Shown here: in pieces, positions 32,112-45,200 of the stretch
Layout of the letters: each line of letters starts with the position of its first letter
How positions within the stretch are numbered: the first letter of the stretch is position 1
Assembly: GCF_964355755.1 (NCBI RefSeq)
Contig: NC_092671.1
Coordinates: 38,264,304-38,328,303 of the forward strand
Length of the DNA: 64,000 nt
Source of the DNA: Antedon mediterranea
Lineage: Eukaryota; Animalia; Echinodermata
Direction: 5' to 3'
Translations under genes and position numbers: made by a program
Notes under the pieces: generated by a model
The model's input: only the letters and a program-made list of their open reading frames with translations
Databases searched by the model: none
What the model was told of the DNA's origin: nothing

Positions 32112-35100
32112 TCAAGCCATGGCAAATTCAAAGGATGCAGCGTATCGGCCTGTTACGCTATGATACATCTGTCGCTCTATATCACCCAGTAAAGAACTTG
32201 CGCCAATACGGAACAGGTTAGGTTTCATCCACTCCTCTCCAAGTTCTTCTTTCATCAGTGACAGCCATACGCAGGAATCCTTGGCTGTTCGGATACCACC
32301 AGCTGGTTTAAAACCAACCTACAAAATAAAATGTCAAATTCACTGAGCAGTGGCGGATTCAGGATTTTGATATAGGGAGCCCAGGGCCTAAAAGTGGTGT
32401 TAAATGAAGAGCTGAGCTTAATAATCTTTTTCCGTTGGATCCACTCCTGCTGAGGGTAATCAAAACTTTCCCCCATTCAAGCTATTATTTCAGTTCTATA
32501 TTAAAACATCAAAAATCACAAATCTTGAAGCACAATAAATGAATACCACTTTACCAATTTAAGTAAAATACTATTTAAGGAAAATATCTCACTTAAGTGT
32601 GATTGTTGAATATGGCCACCCCTAGGCAACTTAATGGCGCTGTAGCTAGATGGTTAACATGCTTGCCTTGCAATCCCAAGGTCCAAGGTTCAATCCTGAC
32701 CTAGTGCCAGAGTAACTCACAACTCTTTCAACTCCACTCCCTAAGCCTCAAATGAGACTTAGTTTATAACCACGATAAATTATTGCATAGTTTATCAATC
32801 CAGTAATTGGCAAGTTACTTGCTGTTGGATGCATATAAAATCAATTTTAAAGTCAAAATGTTTAACAAATGATGGTGTACCTTAAATCCTGTGCGTTTAT
32901 AATATTCTCTGATAGCTCTGACCATAACAAGACCAACTGGTAAAATAGCATTTACGCCTTCCTTTCCAGTTGAAGTTTTAATAAAATCAGAACCTAAAAT
33001 CAACATTGCCACGTCACATAATTATTTAAGAGCGGAACCGGTAAAATTGTACTTATGATTTAAAAATACTGTGACAAACGTAAAGGCTTGTTTACACTAT
33101 CAAACTTGATATATATGATTGAATTGATTGATTGAAATATATATTTATACTGGGCGACCTCTTCAGTCAAAGACTGGTCTCCCAGAGGGCCCAGTTGGTG
33201 ATCAGTGGCTGTGAAGTACTAATACACCGGGGTAAACCCCTACTCGTCTCGAAAGATGTACTAGGTTCTTTAAAGTGCACACGAGCTAGATGTGTATACT
33301 GGACCTACAGTTTATAGTCTTTATCCGAGAAGACTCGTTCTACCACCAGAACCATGGAGTGAGTGAGCCTCGAACCCCTGCCGATGTTATGGCTACGTAA
33401 TTACGGTTCCACTGTCTTAACCGCTCGGCCACTCACTCACTGGACATGATGATCATATATTTGACCATATCACCACCATATTTGGGTACATCACATTTTT
33501 TTTTTTTGTCAAACTAGTTTGATAGTGTGGACAGAGCGTAAAGTTAAAACTTAATCAATGGTTATGAAGTTTTTATTGGTTATTGTAGAATATAACCTTA
33601 GCAAGTTTTTTTTTCATCAGCCGTAAAGCAAAACAAGCTTGAATGAAAAGCCCTTTTTTTTTAAAAGTTGTTCAGTAAAGTTAAAACTTATTAAATTGCA
33701 AACAGAATTATTTAATTACAATCACCCTCAACACACCATTAAACAACTTACCGGCCATCATGGCTACCAGACTGGCTTTGTAAACATTTGTCAATGAGCC
33801 AAGTTCACCAGTAGCTAGGATAGACTTCATGTGAGCAGGACCACAGGCATCACGGAATGCCTTTAACTCATCATATACACCTAGAAATAAATATAATTTT
33901 TAATTTTTAACTAGACGACACTAAATAGTTTGCGTTTACCATGTAACCATGTAATGCAAAGCTCTGTCCACACTATCAAACTAGTTTGACAAAAAAAGTG
34001 TGATGTGCCCAAATATGGTAGTGATATGCCCATATATGGTAGTGATATGACATCATCATGTCCATATATGGGCAAATTACATTTTGTTTGTCACATAAAC
34101 TTTGATAGTGTAGACAAAGCTTTAGAGAGGGAGATACCCTCTCTGAATCAGTCATCTTCATAAACGATTGATAGTGTAGACAGAGCTTAACTTTTGTGCA
34201 TTTTTCCACTTCCACAGCAGGGGTCAAGGGTCAATGGTCAATGGGGGAGCAATGAGAGGAGCCAATAATACCTTGCCAATTTCCACCTAGTGCATATGCT
34301 CTGTTGATGACGATGTCAATCTCAGTAGCACCATCTTCTACAGCTAACTTAATTTCTGCCAAGCGAATCTTAAAGTGAGTCTGACCAGCTGGAAACCCAG
34401 TTGCAACTAAAAACAAGTCATAATTTTAAAATATTATAATATAACACTTGTTAACTGGGAAATACATTAAAGATGATATGTATAAAATATTATAATAACA
34501 CTTGTATTAATAAGGTTTATCGCAAATAGCGTGAGTGATGCATGATCAGCCGCGTAACAAGGGGGTCTTGTCAGGGGGGGGGGGCAAAGAGGGGAAAATC
34601 CTTCCAGACACCAAGTACTTGAGCCACAGCCCCCCCATGGTGGGGGCTGTGGCGAAGCGAATTTTGGTAAATGACACCCCTAGATCGTCGGAAATGGTAC
34701 TCTCGCACACAAAATTCATGACAAATGGCGCCTAACTAGTAGTAGTTGGCCTGGAAATAACACTCCCATTTATTGCACAGCAATCAGCAAAATGATCGTA
34801 CATTTTCCACCGTTAAAAACACAGGTGACATAACATTTGAACATGTGAAAACCCAATCTAACATTGGATCCGCACCTGGCAAAGGTAGTAATTTTTCCGG
34901 TTAGAAGACTTAAACAGGGCCGTAACCAGGTTTGACGGCGGGGTGGATCGTTAAATTGTTTAGTGGAACCATACCCTCGAATTTTTTTTTCTCTATAGGC
35001 CTATGTATGGCCGCAAATCGCATTTCCGGCTAAACTCTTTTGTTTATGAACTATATAATTTGGTGAAATTTCCAGCCCACGAATTTCAATTGCCGACCTT

Positions 35101-38100
35101 ATTGCCGACCTTAAATTGTCAGAGGACGGCATTCTCTTGCCGACCGAAACTAGGCTAGATCCCTCCTCCCTTTAAGCCTCCTAGCAACAACATGGTACAT
35201 TAAGGGATCGTATCATTGAGACTTTAACAGGCATATTCACCATCATGTGGTGTTTAGGTAGCAAACCATGGAATTAAGGTGATCCCTGAATTCACTCAAC
35301 CATTGCATCTTGCACTTGCGTGAGCTGCATGCTTTCTCTCTATACTATCAAGCAGCTGGCTGGGCACGTCACACGCACGCAGAGACCTGTGTAGGGGAAT
35401 ACCCTTTTATGTCAAGCAAACAATGCTCTGTGCACGGCTAGCTCCAGAACCACGATGTTCAGCAGTTATCAAATAGAATTTATCTTGTAAATTTAGTGTT
35501 AGGTTTTTATATTTTAGTTAAAATATACTTTATATTCTTATGTCTATTTATATTAATTAAATTTATTAAGGCTTGACTAGACCTGTAGTAAACAATCGTA
35601 GTGTTGTGTTAGTATGCCTGTGAAAGATTGAGTATTGGAGTGACAGCCAGCCACGAAAGTACGTTCGTTTTGCTGATCGCTAGCGCGTTACATACGATTA
35701 GTAGGAGTGTATTTTTTTAAGGTGGCCTCACACGCACAGCACAGCGTCACAATTGTGTATGAGAATGATGCCCGCGATGGCGGCTTAGATAAAAGACGCC
35801 AAAAACCACAGTCAACTGACCGCATGTTAATGTACTGATAAGCAGTGCGTCTTCCCACGAGTTGTCAGTCAGGATTTTGTGTATTTCATATCATCTTACT
35901 TGAATATCATACTGTACTGTGACTCATTTGAAGCCATATCATATATCGTATATTTTATTCTTATATTTTCTTTCTTTTTCTTTCTTCTATCCCTTCTTTG
36001 TATTTTATTATATTTTTTTTGACTTGTTACCCAGCCCGATCGAACGCTTCTCAACCCGGTAAAATCCGCCAGGGGGGTATTCCGCCCCCCCTGCCCCCCC
36101 GCCTGTTACGCCACTGTGCATGATGGAAAGAAATTAGGAGCAATAGCCCCACCACCAGTATATAGTTATGTACTGTACTATACAGTGGCGCTATTGTTCC
36201 AAACCCTTCCCAACATGCATTGTGCAATGACGTTCCTCGCGCAATCAATAATACAAATATAAACCTTATTACAAATTTTAGATTTACAAAAGAGTAGTTA
36301 ATGCATTCAACAACATATAGAAAACCAGACATTTTTTTTCCATTTCGAAAGGTTTTCTTATCCTTTAAAACGCATATTCTAAACACAAGGCTCTGTCTAC
36401 ACTATCAAACTTTATGAGACAACAAAATATGATGTGCTCATATATGGACATGATGATGTCATATCGCTACAATATTTTCGCATGTCACTACCATATTTGG
36501 GCACATCTCACTTTTTTTTTGTTAAACTAGTTTGATAGTGTAGACAGAGCTTAAAGAAGTTTATTCAAGGCAGGGTTAATTAAACACTTATCTATTACAT
36601 ACTGCCATACACCAATTTCTGTAGCATTATAATAATGATGAGTACCTGAGGCAACAGGAATATGTAGAGCACCAGCCTCCTTCAATGCCTTCACAGCATC
36701 ACATACCCTGGATGGGTAAACACATACAGCACCTGTTGTAATACCTAATACAAACACAACATAAACTGATTAGAATAGTAGCTAGCTAAAGCTCTGTCTA
36801 CACTATCAAACTTTATGTGACAAAAACATGTGATGTGCTCATATATGGACATGATGTCATATCACTACCATATTTGGGCATATCACTACCATAATAAATG
36901 GGCACATCACACTAGTTTGATAGTGCAGGCAGAGCTTTAAAACTTTAAATGGTTGTATATTTTAATCTTTAATTTCAAAGATTACCTTTATCATGCATAT
37001 TTACTGCCTTTAATAGATCTTCCCTGATTGGATATTTAGCTTTGAAGCAAAGCCTCTGGACGTTAGTGAACGTGTCATCTCCTGACAGAGTTGTAAGATC
37101 AATGCACGTAACAGCTCTTAACATCCATGCTATCTGGAAATAGATATTAACATAAAACTCTAATTTATGATTGTTTGTTGTTTGAAGAAAAGAATGTATT
37201 GCTAACATTCGATAGGGAAAATATCATCACGGGAACTAATTCTTAATTAAAGAATTTTCTTTTAATCTTTGGTGGAATCTTTGATGTTTTAATGAATTCT
37301 TAAATCTTAATTATGTATTATTATTTTTCTGATCACTTTTCTGCTTTCATCTGATTTCTTTAATAATTTATTTAGCATTGAATGTCGTGAGGTGGTTTCC
37401 CGAATGATCGTAAAATAAAAAACGGTACTGTGTATGACCAACTAGCGTTATTGTCACCGGCTAGTCATCCATTCATAGAAGTACTGATGTAGTAGCCTAC
37501 CTGTACGGAGACCATAGAATGTGACCCGAGGCATGACTAACTACGACTTTAGATGATAGGAAGTTGAGAAAAAATGTTACGAGTAGTTGTACGACATGAA
37601 GATGTTTATGAAATTATGTCAATAATGTTTACACACTAGGCATACAAATAGTAATGTTTGTTAGTAAAAATAATTTTGAGTTAATAAGAATAAGATATAA
37701 GGAAGAAAAGCAAAGAGACTATGGAGCGGCTATTCCTGAATATACAATACTAAAGTATCGTAGATTTAAATTATAAATTTTAGGCGATCTTGTCAAAGGT
37801 CAAGCGCCATATAGCCTGCCACGTTTCGATACCTGATAATTTTTCTTTACACTTCTCCTTGTTTTAAGTTCTTCTGCTCGTTTGAATACTGCTGGTTTGT
37901 TAATACGAACATTATTCAGCCAATCAAGATCTGAAATAAAGAAATCATTGACAATAAAATAGCAGAGTATTGTATATAAAAAAAGAAAAAGTTTAAAAAT
38001 AGAATAGTGGGACGAACCGACCCACACATCCGATCCACTTCCAGTAATATTTATTATCATCATTGTGTGACCGCATTGATTAGAGCTAGGCCTAGCTTCG

Positions 38101-38301
38101 ACAGGAATCCCTTCGACACACAGGTAGGCTAGGGCTAGGCTTCAGTTACTTCAATATTAACAAAGATATGCGGAAGATGTAAATATAGACATTAGCTATA
38201 TCAATAGCATAATTTAACAAAAAGTCTATTGTATTGATATTTTATGTGTAAATCTTAGTTTAGCACCTACCCAGCACGATTCCAGGATTTCTCTCTGCCA
38301 T
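32112..38301 (-). CDS. DERA: Deoxyribose-phosphate aldolase (319 aa)
   Basis: Exons 38301-38271, 37930-37833, 37133-36986, 36744-36646, 34406-34272, 33880-33752, 32993-32881, 32318-32112 sum to 960 nt. Motifs MAERNPG, IDLTTLSGDDT, AVCVYP, VATGFPAGQ, GATEIDIVI, GSDFIKTSTGKEGVNA, VGFKPAGGIR, FRIGASSLL. Confidence 0.96.
32636..32760 (+). mobile_element. tRNA-derived SINE family 1 (other copies 1989-2097 and 7088-8228 split, minus strand)
   Basis: A-box-like TAGCTAGATGG, B-box GGTTCAATCC, shared downstream CAACTCCACTCCCTAAGCC. Confidence 0.7.
33117..33440 (-). mobile_element. tRNA-derived SINE with Deu/Nin-like core and (TCAA)n tail, inserted in a MITE-A copy
   Basis: Minus strand: TGGCCGAGCGG (A box), GGTTCGAGGC (B box), CTCGGATAAAGACTATAAACTGTAGGTCC...TTAAAGAACC...GAGTAGGGG core, TCAA tail. 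Confidence 0.7.
33960..34121. mobile_element. MITE family A copy (DERA intron)
   Basis: Both TIRs present. Confidence 0.8.
34547..36116. mobile_element. Non-autonomous hAT element in DERA intron 4
   Basis: Perfect 8-bp TSD TGCATGAT (34539-34546, 36117-36124). TIRs CAGCCGCGTAACA / TGTTACGCCACTG with G/C-run subterminal tracts. Confidence 0.85.
36389..36551. mobile_element. MITE family A copy
   Basis: Both TIRs present. Confidence 0.8.
36790..36936. mobile_element. MITE family A copy
   Basis: Both TIRs, TWA flanks. Confidence 0.8.
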
Positions 38302-39030
38302 GTTGTTTTTTGCCCAGGTGTGCAATCTGAATGCTGCCCTCTAGAATTATCTAGCAAAAAAACTTTTTACAGTATAATCACAATCATTATCAGTTTAGTC
38401 ATAATTTACCACAACTTACCACAAGTTTAAGAATATTTGCCTCGTCAATATTTTATTATTAATAATCTATATCAGATATTATTTGAAACTCATATATCAT
38501 TATTCTTTTTTAATATGATAAATATGAAAAAAATACACAAAATGACGTGTGACAACAGGGACTTTATTGGTTATTAAACATTTTCGGCTAATTTTTACGA
38601 CACTCAATACTTATCTTCATTCTTTGATATGAAGATGGAAATAATGCATGCGACAATAGATTCACATAACAACATGGTATAGTCCATTTACTCAAAACAA
38701 TTAATGTTTATTACGATAAATATACATCACATGATAATATTACATTAACGCACAAGAGAACATATCAGCAAAATCAAAACAATTCAAATTCTTTGGCTAT
38801 CATTAAAGATCGCATTAACGGATTTATATACAGATCAACGTCTTCATTAGGTCCAATTTATAATTCAGTAAAAGACATTCTTCACATTTTAATCAAGGTA
38901 TGGCTGGCCTGGGCCGCGATTTTCTTTTCGTACATACGTTCGTACATCCTGTCATGCAACGTCACGGCTATCTTTCATTTAAAGAGTCGAACTAACAGCC
39001 GCAGCAATTCGGTCATAATTCAAGTTCTTA

Positions 39031-39187
39031 AGCTTTGTCTACACTAGAAAACTTTATGACAACAAAATGTGATGTGCCCATATATGGACATGATGATGTC
39101 ATATCACTACCATATTTGAGAATATCACTTCCATATTTGGGCAAATCACACTTTTTTTGTCAAACTAGTTTGATAGTGTAGAGAGCT
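39031..39187. mobile_element. MITE family A copy (just past the stop of the DSL/EGF gene)
   Basis: Both TIRs present. Confidence 0.75.
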
Positions 39188-39271
39188 TAACTAGACAGGA
39201 ATGTTTCTAAACTAATAAATACAGCGTTTAATATCTATAATTACAAAATACATTTATTCATTTGTTTCATA

Positions 39272-42200
39272 TTACGCTTTAGACCATTCATCATTCAATA
39301 CTAACATTCCTTGTGAGTTATTAGTGAGACTTTCTGGCGAGAGTTGAAGTTCATAATAATCATTTTCCTCCCTCTCGTCGCTGATATCAAAGGCTGGGTT
39401 CACCGCCTCCGTCCCACCATCAAGAATGTTCGCACCTTGTCTTCGTTGATGCTTTTTGCGTCTTGCTCTGTAAGAACGATAGAAATTAGATAGAAAATAA
39501 AGTATTTGTATGTTCTGTATACTAGGATCATAGACGAGAAAACCTTCTTCTTAATAGGCTTAATATTTTTAGGTCCGTTATTGAAGGCTATATTCAGTGC
39601 AATCGAGTATTGTAGTAGTAGTCTAAGTAGTACCACGACGAGCAATGCTAAAATTCGAAATAAACTAACCTCATAAAACCAACTGTAAATATCATGAGAA
39701 ACAGTACACCTCCAATGGCCACAAATATATACCAGTTGCTGAAAATCTGAAAGAAAAAAAGGTCACCATGAGGAAAGGGACACCTTCGGGTGGTGGGAAC
39801 AAAACAAGCTTATTCATTGTTGTGGAGATTTATCCTATCGATATACTGATAATATTCTTTATACCAAAAAGTAGGTCTAAGTATGGAATTCGAAATGGGA
39901 AGCAATGATACAATCGTAAAAAAGTAAACTTACCGAGTTGGTTTCCTCAACTTGTTTGATCGGTTCGGTTTTTCCTATGTGTATTTTCTGATTGATAGCT
40001 AATGACACATCTTCATCAGAATGTTGATTAAGGAGATTCTCAATCTCACGTGAAATTAAAAGGACATCTGACATAGTTACAATGAATGACACACGAGTCA
40101 CAAGTTCTCTGCAAACAAATTGTAATAAAAAATGATAAAATAATTTTGCACACACAACTTCAATTCTAATGAGACGAATAAGTTTCTATTCTATTACTTA
40201 TCTATTTAAAAAACAAACATACTTCGTCAATATGTCTTCATATTGTTCCGTATCAACAACTGTGGTTTGTACTGAAAGACTACGTTTCGTCTGAGAAGCT
40301 CCAAGAAGCGAGTTCATTCCAGTTTCAAACACCACTTTATCTTCTAAAGATCCAACTACGTAAATAGAATACTGGTGTTTCGACAATTCTAGAAAAACAA
40401 GTTTGTTGTAGGCCTAAATAGATATTCTGTGTCATTTTTGTATTATCTTTACTGGTTAAACTATAAGTTCCAGAAGAATAAAAGTGGTGTAACTCACAGA
40501 GAAAGAAAAAAGAGATCCTTATCAGAAGATGCACTTTACTTCTTTTACTACGACTAGATCTAGACTATCTACTAACTAGATATACAGCTTCTGTTGACAA
40601 TTGTTCAAATTGCGCGGGCAGCATGCTGCCATGCAGTCTATTTTAACACTCACCTATTTCACAGAAAGAACCGTAATAGTTGACGTCACACTTACACATC
40701 AACTTGTCATTTGTTACCTGGCATTTACCATTACCGTTACAAGGATTCTGAGCACATGCGTTCTCCACCAAGGAGTCGCATGTTTTGCCTTCATATAAAT
40801 CGTTGCAATCACACCTGAAAGTTGTATTTTTTTACAAAAATGAATAATGTCTTGATGAATGATTTTTTACTTATTGATTGGAAAAGAAGAATACATGGTA
40901 CAATGATAAAGTGAACGAAAAAAGCGGTTAAAGACAAAATGCGAAGAATATTGGATGAGAAAGTGGAAAGTGTTTACACAACATTTTGTACAATGATTTT
41001 TATTAGTACGATAAGCTGGTGATGAACAAGATGATGAAAGTGTCGAGCATTATATAAAATAAATAAATTCACCTAAATTCTGTAGATAAGTTCACACATT
41101 CTCCGTGTTGACACGGGTTACTGGCACATCCATTGAAATCGTCACAAACGTCACCCGTAAATCCATCTGCGCAGGTGCAAGTGAAATTAGCGATGAGGTC
41201 AACGCAAGTGGCGCCATTTTTACAAGGTTGATTATAGAGTAAGCATTCGTTGATGTTGATTTCACAATTGGTTCCTTTGAATCCGTTTATGCATTGACAG
41301 TAAAACATATCAATGCCATCTGAACACGTTGCATTGTTTAAACATGGATGCGAAATACAATTGTCTTGATTGATCTCGCAGACACTTCCGGTATATCCCG
41401 GTGCGCACACGCAAGAAAATCCTGCAATCATATCTACGCATGTCCCATTATTTTGACACGGACTGGATGCGCATTCATCGTAGTCAGTCTCGCAGTGATT
41501 TCCAACGAAACCAGCGGCACATCCACAATGATAGCCATTTACTTGGTCGATACATGTACCAGAGTTTAAACATGGTGAGCTACTGCATTCGTTGACATCT
41601 ATCTGACAATCGTCACCGTCAAATCCAGATGGGCAGACACACTGATATTGTCCAATCAGATCAATGCAAGTAGCTCCATTAGTACAATGTGCGTCCACAC
41701 AGTCGTCAATATCGATGTCACATAAATCTCCAGTATAACCGATGTCGCATTCACATGAAAACCCTGAAATGTTGTCAGTACACGTTCCGTTGTGTGCACA
41801 TGGGTAACTTGCACATTCATTTATGTTATCACTGCATGTTATTCCATCGAATCCAGCAGAGCATTGGCAGACGAACTTGTCAATATCGTCTGTACATGTC
41901 CCATTATTTCCACATGGTTCACTTGCGCACTCATCTATATCAATTTCGCATTTTATTCCTGTAAAACCACTAGAACATTCACAGCTGTAGCCATTAACGT
42001 GGTCTTGGCACAACCCGTTATTTTCACATGGTGAACTTTGACATTCGTTGACATCCACTTGGCACAGGTGACCTTCAAATCCTTCAAGACATTGACAATA
42101 AAATCCATTGACCTCATCAAGACATGTTCCATTATTCTGGCATGGTGAACTTTGACATTCGTTGACATCCACTTGACACTGGTGACCTTCAAATCCTACT

Positions 42201-45200
42201 TTACACTGGCAATCAAATCCATTGATCTCATCAAGACATGTTCCGTTATTCTGACATGGTGAACTTTGACATTCGTCAATATTGTCCGAACAGACGATTC
42301 CTGTAAATCCGTCTGAACAGGAACAGATATAACCATCGATGAGGTCAATACATGTCGCATTATTTAAACATGGTAAACTTTGACATTCGTCTATGTTGCC
42401 AGAACACCGGACACCATAAAAACCAGGTAAGCAAATACAGAAATATCCGTTGACGTCATCTTGACATGTCGCTCCGTTATAACAAGGATCGGATTGACAT
42501 TCGTTAAAATTTAATTCGCATAAATCTCCCACAAACCCTGGTTGACAAACACATGTGAACGCATCTATAACATCAACACAAGTTGAGTTGTTTTCACACG
42601 GACCACTTAAACACTCATCTATGTCCATCTGACAATGGTCACCAGTGAAACCTCCCGCGCATACGCACAGATATCCATTAATATCGTCAAAGCATGTACC
42701 GTTATGCTGACATGGTGAACTTTGACATTCATTGATATCAATATTACAGGTGTGCCCAGTAAAGCCCAGAGGACATACACAATAGAATTCGTTAATTTTA
42801 TCTAAACAGGTACCGTTATTAATACAAGGATCACTGCTGCACTCGTCAAAGTCTATTTCACAAACATCACCAAGATATCCAGCCTGACATGTGCAATTAA
42901 AACCGTTGAAATAATCGTTACAAACACCACCGTGTTCACATGGTTCACTTAAGCATTCGTCTGTTTCGTTTTCACACAGGAAACCTGAAAATCCTGGAGT
43001 ACACAAGCAGAAGTGTCTGTTTAGTTCGTCTACGCATGTCCCGTTATTCATACACGGAGAACTTTGACATTCATCGACTTCGAGTTGGCACTGCTCGCTG
43101 GTGTAGCCAGGGGCACAGTCACAAAAGTATCTATTGACTTCGTCGTAGCACGTAGCATTGTTAAAACACGGCAGGCTGTCGCATTCATTAAACTCAAACT
43201 CACAATTTGCTCCAAAATAACCACTTGCACATATGCATACATATCCATTTATATTATCATTACACGTCGCTTCATTTTCACATGGATCACTGGCACATTC
43301 ATTTACATCTATCTCACAAAAAAGTCCCGAGAACCCTTCAGCACATGCGCATGTAAAACTACCGATGTCGTCATCACAAGTACCGTTGTTAAAACACGGT
43401 ATACTTTCGCATTCGTTAACGTTAATGCTGCAGGTTTCCCCTTGATAACCAAGAGTACAATCGCATCTAAATTCATTGATGCCGTCATAGCACGATCCAC
43501 CATGTAGACAAGGATAGCTTTCGCATTCGTCTGCGTTGATCTCACACATGTCACCAATAAAACCACTTGAACAATTACACGTAAACCAATTGATATCATC
43601 AATACATGATGCCCCGTTATAACAAGGATAACTATCACATTCGTCAATATCAGTTTCACACAGTGACCCATTATATCCAGGTGGGCACACGCAGGTAAAC
43701 TCATTGATCCCGTCTAAACAAGTCGCTCTGTTCATACAAGGGTTATTGAAACATTCATCTACATTTACGTCACAAATGTCACCGGCGTAACCAGGTGCGC
43801 ATGTACACGTGTATCCATTAACAGCGTCTACGCAGGTCCCATCATGTGCACAAGGTCTACTAGCGCACTCGTCCACGTCCCCCTCACATGTAACCCCCGA
43901 ATAACCATCTAAGCAGTTGCAATAATATCCATTTGGTTGATCCATGCAGGTTGCCGAATTCTGACATGGTGAACTGTAGCATTCGTCGATGTCAACTTCG
44001 CAGAGTGTTCCATTGTATCCGGCATTGCACTGGCAACTGAAGCCGTTGACATCGTCAATGCAAGTTCCCGCGTGTTCACACGGGCCACTCAAACATTCAT
44101 CGATATCCGTCTGACATCGGATCCCTTCAAATCCATCTGGGCAAGTGCAGATGTAGCTGTTAACCATATCAACGCACGTGGCACCATTTTCACAGGGAAA
44201 GCTGTCACAATCATTAATGTTTACTGAGCATGTGCTTCCGGTGTATCCAATCGAACATATGCATTGGTAACTGTCAATTTGGTCTACGCATGTGCCAGAA
44301 TTTAGACAAGGCTCACTCGAGCATTCATTAACATCAACCTCACACCTGATGCCATTGTAACCAGGACTACATATGCACAGAAAGGATGCGATGTGATCGT
44401 AGCAAACGCCTGAGTTGATACACGGACTGCTGGAACATTCATCAATGTTTGTTAAGCAACGATCGCCTGCCCACCCCGGAGTACATGTGCACGTGTAACC
44501 ATTAATGACGTCATTACACACGCCATTATTTTCACATGGACTACTTGAGCATTCGTCGATATTAGTTGTGCATCTGGTGCCTAAAAATAAAGCGTAAAGC
44601 TCAGTCTACACTATCAAACTAGTGCTCAAATATGGTAGTGATATTACCAAATATGGTAATGATGTCTTCGTGTCCATATATATGGGCACATAACATTTTT
44701 TTGTCACATAAAGTTTGATAGTGTAGACAGAGCTTAAGAAGTCATACATCATATAGAAAGCATATTTTTATCGGAAGTAAACATCTCAATATTCTGGAAA
44801 GCTTGACCACCTACCAGAAAAACCTTCGGCACAAGTACACGTAAATCCATTCTGTCCATTGATACAGGTTGCACCATTGGCACATGGCGAAGAGGAGCAT
44901 TCGTTTATGTCTTGGGTACAGGTGGTTCCCTGCCATCCTGGCAGGCAGACTTTCCCGCCAGAATTACTGCAATCATAATGACCACTACTGTCGTCACGTG
45001 GTTGGCAGTAGACGCCACATGTACTACCGTAATAATTGGTGGCGCAGTAACCTCTTACCTTCACTACTAAACTGTAAAATGAATACATTATGTACAGTAA
45101 CTACTTTGCAAGTGTACCATATTGTATGTATATGTATATTTATTTATAACCATCTTTAATGAAGTAATAGGTGGTCTAGAACGCAACGTATCGACGTTAT

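Noticed and set aside
32636-32710. Possible tRNA genes (also ~33350-33440)
   Set aside because: A/B boxes are present but no convincing cloverleaf was seen, and they continue into SINE bodies.
41348-43704. Multiple short ORFs overlapping the EGF exon
   Set aside because: Alternative-frame or antisense shadows of repetitive EGF codons.
41069-44521. Calling the EGF gene Notch, Crumbs or fibropellin
   Set aside because: No LNR/ankyrin, laminin-G, CUB or avidin domains were seen; the N-terminus is MNNL+DSL.
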